Below, in pieces: positions 58,937 to 64,000 of a stretch of DNA of 64,000 nucleotides (position 1 is the stretch's first letter; every line of letters begins with the position of its first letter). The notes under the pieces are model-generated. The model was not told where the DNA came from, made no database searches, and was given only the letters and a program-made list of their open reading frames with translations. A program made the position numbers and the translations under genes. This DNA comes from Candidatus Limnocylindria bacterium (GTDB lineage: Bacteria > Chloroflexota > Limnocylindria > Limnocylindrales > CSP1-4). The stretch spans positions 1,879 through 65,878 of the forward strand of contig DATKBR010000099.1 in the NCBI GenBank assembly GCA_035513775.1. Direction: 5' to 3'.

Positions 58937-60073
58937 ATGTTCGAACCCGAAGGCGGTGGCTCCGACCCGGCAGAGGACACCGTCCGGCGGCCTTCCGCCC
59001 CGACGCCGGAATCACCGGCCTGGGCGAAGGCGTACGAGCTGCCGACGGCGAGAAAGGTCGTCGGTGCGGGCCTGCATCTCGCGGCCACGTCCAGCGCCGC
59101 GATCCGCCGCGCCTCGCTGTACATCGGACTGCTCGTCCTCGGCGCGTTCGGCCCGACGGCCGTCCTCATGCTGGTCGGCATCGGGCGGCTGCTGAGTGAC
59201 CCGGCGACGGTGGAGGCGCTGGCGGAGGACCCGGTGCGCGTGTTCCAGGAGCACCCCGAGATCGTCGAGCCGCTCCTGGCCATCTACTTCCTCGTAATGG
59301 TGGGGATCCTGCTGCTGGTGACGATCTCGATCGACGCCCAGGCCATCGCCATCGCCGTGCTCGGCGGCATCGCGTCGGACCGGCCACTTCGGCTTTGGGA
59401 GGCCGTGGTCCGCGCCCGGCAGGTGTTCTGGCGCCTGGCCGGCGCCGGGTTCCTCGTCGGGCTTGCCTCGGCTGTCGTCGCCTTCGCCGTCTCGATCCCG
59501 TTGCTTCGGCCGTTGGACACGAACACGGGCATCACGTTCATCGCGTCGATGGTCGGCGCGCTCGTCGTCACGCCCTTCGCGTTTGCCGCGACCGGCATCG
59601 TCCTCGGCGACGTGGGGGCCATCGAGAGCCTGCAGCGGTCCATGAGCCTGTTCCGCGCCCGGCCATCGATCGCCTTCGTCGTGGTGCTGTTCACGCTCGT
59701 GACCTCGGCGATCCAGTCGTTCGCGCTCGGCGCCGGGCTGGACGTCGCGGTCCGCGTCGCGGAGTTCCTCGGGCTCGGGCTCGACGGCGGTGGTGCCGCC
59801 ATCGTCCTGCCGGCGGTCCTGATCCTCGGCCTCATCACGGCCTTCGGGAGCCTGACCTTCACCGTTGCCGCGATAGTCGCGGCGCCGCAGGTCGCGGCCT
59901 TCCTCGGCCTGACGTTCTACTCGGCCGGCCTCGACCGCGCCCGGAGCGACGGCTCTGCCCGGCAGCGCGGCTTCCGGTGGGTGACCCTGCCGATGGTCGC
60001 GTTCATGGCCGGACTCGCAATCGTCGCCCTCCTTCAGCTACCGGCCATCGCCGCCCTCGACCTCGCGCCCTGA
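58937..60073 (+). CDS. hypothetical polytopic membrane protein
   Basis: 378 aa with about 7 hydrophobic segments after a charged N-terminus. No motif recognised. Confidence 0.6.
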   Translation: MFEPEGGGSDPAEDTVRRPSAPTPESPAWAKAYELPTARKVVGAGLHLAATSSAAIRRASLYIGLLVLGAFGPTAVLMLVGIGRLLSDPATVEALAEDPVRVFQEHPEIVEPLLAIYFLVMVGILLLVTISIDAQAIAIAVLGGIASDRPLRLWEAVVRARQVFWRLAGAGFLVGLASAVVAFAVSIPLLRPLDTNTGITFIASMVGALVVTPFAFAATGIVLGDVGAIESLQRSMSLFRARPSIAFVVVLFTLVTSAIQSFALGAGLDVAVRVAEFLGLGLDGGGAAIVLPAVLILGLITAFGSLTFTVAAIVAAPQVAAFLGLTFYSAGLDRARSDGSARQRGFRWVTLPMVAFMAGLAIVALLQLPAIAALDLAP

Positions 60074-60487
60074 TCAGTTGGCGCCGAGCTCCTCGAGCCG
60101 CTCGTCGTCGATGCCCATGTGGTGCGCGAGCTCGTGGAGGACTGTCAGCCGCACCTCGTCCTCGAGATCCAGCGGATCCAGGAAATCCTCCTCGAGCGGC
60201 AGCCGGAAGAGGGTGATCCGGTTCGGCGAGGCCGCCCAGTCGGCGGCGTACTCGGCGCGCGGGACCCCTTCGTACAGGCCGTAGAGCGAGCCCCCGGGCT
60301 CGATGTCGTTCTCGCGCAGCTGCTCCCGCGACGGCTCGTCCTCGATGACGATCGCGACCTCGTCGAGCGCGATTCGGTAGGGATCCGGGATCGCCGCGAG
60401 CGCGCGGTCCACGAGGCGCTCGAAGGCGGCCGCGCGGGCGGCGGCCCGGGCGACGCCGCGGGGCGAGACGCGCGAACGCTTGACCAT
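60074..60487 (-). CDS. zincin-like metallopeptidase family protein (DUF1025 type)
   Basis: 137 aa with the HExxH motif in VLHELAHHMGIDDERLEELG at the C-terminus, typical of this small family. Confidence 0.75.
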   Translation of the reverse strand: MVKRSRVSPRGVARAAARAAAFERLVDRALAAIPDPYRIALDEVAIVIEDEPSREQLRENDIEPGGSLYGLYEGVPRAEYAADWAASPNRITLFRLPLEEDFLDPLDLEDEVRLTVLHELAHHMGIDDERLEELGAN

Positions 60488-60611
60488 GACCTGCGGATCG
60501 TAGCCCGGGTGCGCGTTGGGGCACCGGAACTCGGCGCGCAGGCTCGCCCGGGCAGGGCACCGTGGCGCGCAGGCTCGCCCGGGCCGCAGCGCTCGCCGGT
60601 ACGATCCGCGA

Positions 60612-61685
60612 ATGAAGGTCGTCCACAGCGAGCGCCACCGCGGCCACGACCCGAAGGTCGAGACTTACCTCGGCCTGCCGGTGCCCGCCAATGAGGTGCC
60701 GGAGCGTGCCGAGGCGATCGTCAGGGCGCTCACCGCCGACGGCGGTTTCGAGCTCGTGGCGCCTACGGACCACGGCACAGCACCGATCCTTGCCGTGCAC
60801 GATGCCGGCCTGCTGCGCTTCCTCGAGGAGGCGTGGCCGGAGGTCGAGCGCCAGCGCATCGACCGCGAGTTCCTGGTCGCCGACACCTATCCGGTCCGGT
60901 CGATGTTCGGCGGCATGAGCGAGGAGCTCGTCGCGGCGCGCCCGGAGCCGGACGCGATCGGGGGGCGCGTTGGCTGGTGGGGCCTGGACTCGTCGAACCC
61001 GCTCGTCGCCGGCAGCTACGACGCGGCGCGAGGTGCCGTGGATGTTGCACTGACGGCGACGGACCTCGTCCTCGGGGGCGAGGCGGTGGCGTATGGGCTG
61101 TGTCGCCCGCCCGGGCATCACGCAGCGGCCGCCATGGCCGGCGGCTACTGCTTCTTGAACAACGCCGCCATCGCGGCGCACGCGATCGCAGAGGCGTCGG
61201 GGGAGCGCGTCGCGATCCTCGACGTCGACGTCCACCACGGCAACGGCACCCAGCAGATCTTCTGGCGTCGCGCCGACGTGATGTACGCCTCCCTGCACGC
61301 GGACCCGCGGCGCCTGTACCCGTTCTACATGGGCCACGCCGACGAGGTCGGGGAGGGGCCGGGCGCGGGCGCCAACCTGAACCTGCCGCAGCCCCTCCGC
61401 GCAGACGACGCGACCTACATCGCCGACCTCGATCGCGCCCTCGAGTGGATCGATGCCTCCGCGGGCTCCATCGTGGTGGTTTCGCTCGGCTTCGACACGT
61501 ACCACCTCGACCCCATCGGTGACCTCGCGCTGACCACGGACGGCTATCACGCAATGGGCCGCCGGGTTGCGGCGCTCGATCGCCGCCTGGTGATCCTCCA
61601 GGAGGGCGGCTACCACGTCGGCGATCTCGGCGCGAACGCGGTCGCGTGGCTCCGTGGCGCTGGGGGCCGGCCGCCCGCCGAATGA
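60612..61685 (+). CDS. histone-deacetylase-family amidohydrolase (acetylpolyamine/acetoin-utilisation type)
   Basis: ATG at 60612. The blocks [19 protein letters not shown] and SLGFDTY...DPIG are arginase/HDAC-fold signatures. Confidence 0.85.
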   Translation: MKVVHSERHRGHDPKVETYLGLPVPANEVPERAEAIVRALTADGGFELVAPTDHGTAPILAVHDAGLLRFLEEAWPEVERQRIDREFLVADTYPVRSMFGGMSEELVAARPEPDAIGGRVGWWGLDSSNPLVAGSYDAARGAVDVALTATDLVLGGEAVAYGLCRPPGHHAAAAMAGGYCFLNNAAIAAHAIAEASGERVAILDVDVHHGNGTQQIFWRRADVMYASLHADPRRLYPFYMGHADEVGEGPGAGANLNLPQPLRADDATYIADLDRALEWIDASAGSIVVVSLGFDTYHLDPIGDLALTTDGYHAMGRRVAALDRRLVILQEGGYHVGDLGANAVAWLRGAGGRPPAE

Positions 61686-61719
61686 GGTCCTCGGGCGGAC
61701 GGGAGTACGATCCCCGGAC

Positions 61720-62427
61720 ATGACCGCCCTTCCAGACCACGTTCGCAAGCTCGTCACCGAGATCGAGACCGAGATCGGCGAGGAGCATGGGCTTGACGGC
61801 CGCGAGGCCGAGGACGAACGCACCCAGCCCATCGTCGGCTCGCCATCCCTCGCCACGCCTACCGCCCCGGTGGAGGAGGCCGTCCGCGAGATCCTCCTGG
61901 AGATCGGCGAGGACCCCGACCGCGACGGCCTCCGGGGCACGCCGGATCGGGTGCACCGGATGTACGCGGAGCTCACGGCCGGCTATCACGTCGACCCCGA
62001 TCGGCTCATCAACGGCGCCGTATTCGAGGTCGACTACTCGGAGATGGTGGTCGTCAAGGACATCCCGTTCTACTCGCTCTGTGAGCACCACCTGCTGCCG
62101 TTCTTCGGCGCGGCGGCGGTTGCCTACATCCCGCGCGGCAGGGTCATCGGGCTGTCGAAGATCCCGCGGATCGTGGAGATGTACGCCCGCCGACTCCAGG
62201 TCCAGGAACGGATGACGCAGCAGATCGCCGACTTCCTCAACGATCGGCTCGCTCCGCAGGGCGTGGGCGTCGTGGTGGAGGGCAATCACCTGTGCGCCGT
62301 CATGCGCGGGATCCGCAAGCCGGGCACGATCATGACGACGTCGGCGGTGCTCGGGCTCTTCCGCTCGCGCGACCGCACCCGCGCCGAGTTCCTCAGCCAC
62401 CTCGACCGGCGTCGCCCAGGAGATTGA
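61720..62427 (+). CDS. folE: GTP cyclohydrolase I
   Basis: ATG at 61720. The blocks [38 protein letters not shown] and RLQVQERMT are FolE signatures. Confidence 0.9.
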   Translation: MTALPDHVRKLVTEIETEIGEEHGLDGREAEDERTQPIVGSPSLATPTAPVEEAVREILLEIGEDPDRDGLRGTPDRVHRMYAELTAGYHVDPDRLINGAVFEVDYSEMVVVKDIPFYSLCEHHLLPFFGAAAVAYIPRGRVIGLSKIPRIVEMYARRLQVQERMTQQIADFLNDRLAPQGVGVVVEGNHLCAVMRGIRKPGTIMTTSAVLGLFRSRDRTRAEFLSHLDRRRPGD

Positions 62428-62435
62428 ACGAACCC

Positions 62436-62903
62436 ATGGACGCCACCAGCGGGCAGCCCACCGTCGCCGAAACCCTCGCCCGCATGGACGAAGGCTGGGC
62501 CGACTTCCGCGAGCGGGTCCAGTCCATCCCGAGCCAGGTGCTCGAGGAGCACATCGCCACGGGTTCGTGGACGCTCAAGCAGATGCTCGCCCACGTGGCG
62601 ACCTGGCACCAGCTCACCATCGAGCGGCTCAGCGGGCTGATCGAGACGGGGGAGCCGCAGAGGACGCCGGACGACGAGGACGTCATCAACGCGCGAGCGG
62701 CTCGCGCGGCCGCCGGCCGCACGACCGGCGAGATCATCCTCGACATCGAGCACACCTATCGCCAGCTGCGCCGCAAGGTCGCCCGGCTCACCGACGACCA
62801 GCTGGCCGCGCACGACGCCTGGGCCGCCGCCGTGATCGCCGGCAACAGCTACGGGCACTACCGCGAGCACCTCGCCGACCTCGGCCCGCGCCAGAACGGG
62901 TAG
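62436..62903 (+). CDS. DinB-family protein
   Basis: ATG at 62436. WTLKQMLAHVATWH...GHYREHLADL has the His triad spacing of DinB / mycothiol-dependent-enzyme N domains. Confidence 0.65.
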   Translation: MDATSGQPTVAETLARMDEGWADFRERVQSIPSQVLEEHIATGSWTLKQMLAHVATWHQLTIERLSGLIETGEPQRTPDDEDVINARAARAAAGRTTGEIILDIEHTYRQLRRKVARLTDDQLAAHDAWAAAVIAGNSYGHYREHLADLGPRQNG

Positions 62904-63208
62904 CCGTCGGCGCGCGCGCTGCTCGTCGCGCCTCGTCGCGCCTCGGCCGCCTCGCAAGATGGCGCCGCCGACCGCCCCACCGCCCGCGTTGCGAGCACGC
63001 GACAAACGTCGAAGGAGGGGCGCGCGGAGCGGGAGTCCAGCCTCCGATCGGGCTGCCCTCTGTCGCCGGACGACCCGCTGGTCGAGGGGTAGCTTTCGCG
63101 GTGAACGTGCGAGGAGCGGGATCGCCGCGCTACGCCGAGTTCCAGCGTGGATCGTGATGGCCTCACCGGCGGCGTTTCGACGATTGTCGTGTCTGCGCGA
63201 CGGGGGGG

Positions 63209-63280
63209 GCAGGCGCGACAGGGAGCAGGCGCGACAGGGGAGCAGCTTGACGGGGAGCGGGCGAAACAGTGGAGCAGACG
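63209..63280. repeat. degenerate tandem repeat of a 16-17-bp unit (GCAGGCGCGACAGGGRA)
   Basis: Two near-perfect units (63209-63224 and 63225-63241) are followed by 2-3 decayed units (GCAGCTTGACGGGGA, GCGGGCGAAACAGTGGA, GCAGACGGG). The array lies about 50 bp upstream of the HTH gene. Confidence 0.75.
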
Positions 63281-63327
63281 GGCCTGCCGATAAGCGCCCG
63301 GTGACCGAGGCTCGCCAGACTGGGCCG

Positions 63328-63979
63328 ATGGCGACGCGGGAAAGCCAGGTGGCCCGTGGCGCGCGGCGAAGCCGGATGCTCAGGCATCGAGCCGGCGACG
63401 AGCTTGGCGCGACCCGACGGGCCAGCGGCGTCAGCCTGCGCGAGGTCGCGAGGGGGCTTGGGGTCAGCGTCGACCGACTCGCCCGCGCCGAACGCGGTGA
63501 CCCTGCCAGCCTGACCGTCGACTTTGCGGCGCGGTACGCGTCGATGCTCGGGCTCGAGCTCGCCGTGTCGCTTCTTTCCGGCGGGCAATCCCGTTCGTGA
63601 CAAGGGTCATCTCGCGTTGCTCCAGCGATTCCAACGCCGGCTGCCTCCGAACGCTCGATGGCGGACCGAAGTCCCAATCCCGCTCGCCGGCGATCCGCGA
63701 AGTGCCGACGGCATGGTGTACGCGGAGTCGGGGGATTACCTCGTCGAGGCGGAGACCCACCTGGGCGACTTCCAGGCGCTGGGACGCAGTGTCGCCGGCA
63801 AGGCGAGGGACATCGGAGCGGACGGAATCGTGCTCCTGCTTGCCGATGCTCGGCACCACCGCGGCCTCGTACGGGACCTTTCCGCCCTCAAGGAACGGTT
63901 TGCCGTCGATGCGCGGACCTGGTTCCGCGCGGTCGCGACCGAGCGCGATCCGGGCGGGGATGCCCTCGTCATCCTTTGA
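63328..63979 (+). pseudogene. XRE-type HTH protein fused to a C-terminal PD-(D/E)xK-like domain, apparently split by a +1 frameshift
   Basis: Frame A (63328-63600) encodes the HTH SLREVARGLGVSVDRLARAERG and ends LELAVSLLSGGQSRS*. Frame B (ORF 63524-63979) reads ...FFPAGNPVRDKGHLALLQRF...VEAETHLGDFQAL...VLLLADARHHR. The two frames join smoothly (LELAVSL/FPAGNPVRD) if one nt is removed in CTTCTTT (63571-63577). Confidence 0.45.
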
Positions 63980-64000
63980 TCGAGCCAGACGGAAGCACGA

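Noticed and set aside
60003-62400. 657-aa and 545-aa minus-strand ORFs across the HDAC-family and folE genes
   Set aside because: Shadow frames opposite two genes with strong family signatures.

Overview
GC-rich, actinobacterial-type chromosomal window that is densely coded. About 70 genes can be supported, and many are joined by 4-nt ATGA/GTGA stop-start overlaps, which I used to choose start codons. I recognised no rRNA, tRNA, CRISPR array, transposase or integrase. Left flank (1-8.6 kb): the tail of an excisionase-type HTH gene, a repeat-rich intergenic region, acyl-CoA dehydrogenase, GMC oxidoreductase, an EamA transporter, a decayed IclR regulator and lutABC. Core (8.6-46.9 kb): a roughly 38-kb accessory catabolic island made almost entirely of amino-acid and peptide processing genes. 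It holds D-aminoacylase, a further amidohydrolase, two M20 deacylases, two class-I aminotransferases, two DSD1-type and one ACC-deaminase-fold PLP enzyme, and two RidA proteins. It also holds FAH, an RraA-like protein, a P450, three SDRs, two MBL-fold and two PNPOx-like proteins, and a six-gene peptide-type ABC importer. Two TPP-dependent E1 alpha/beta pairs have no E2 or E3 in the window, while a free-standing 81-aa lipoyl-domain protein sits elsewhere in the island. Many families occur as diverged paralogue pairs, including an uncharacterised roughly 400-aa protein with a CFCxxC motif. A FadR-type GntR regulator is encoded inside the island, and a 13-bp GGY-N3-ACC inverted repeat recurs in at least seven positions in its promoter regions. 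Right flank (47-64 kb): an ECF sigma factor translationally coupled to a domain-permuted Ogt/Ada-zinc protein, a blue-copper lipoprotein, GNAT, a DUF4032 kinase-like protein, nitroreductase and hydrolases. It continues with a J-domain protein, an orphan IcmA-like acyl-CoA mutase large subunit, ArsR-thioredoxin, an HDAC-family amidohydrolase, folE, DinB-like proteins and a frameshifted HTH gene. The most unusual candidates are the E2-less E1 plus free lipoyl carrier arrangement, the duplicated unknown protein family linked to PLP beta-eliminases, and the signal-less binding protein in frame behind a Tat-lipoprotein binding protein. The GntR operator network and the ECF-sigma/Ogt-Ada pairing also stand out. 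All functional calls come from reading motifs by eye; no database search was run.
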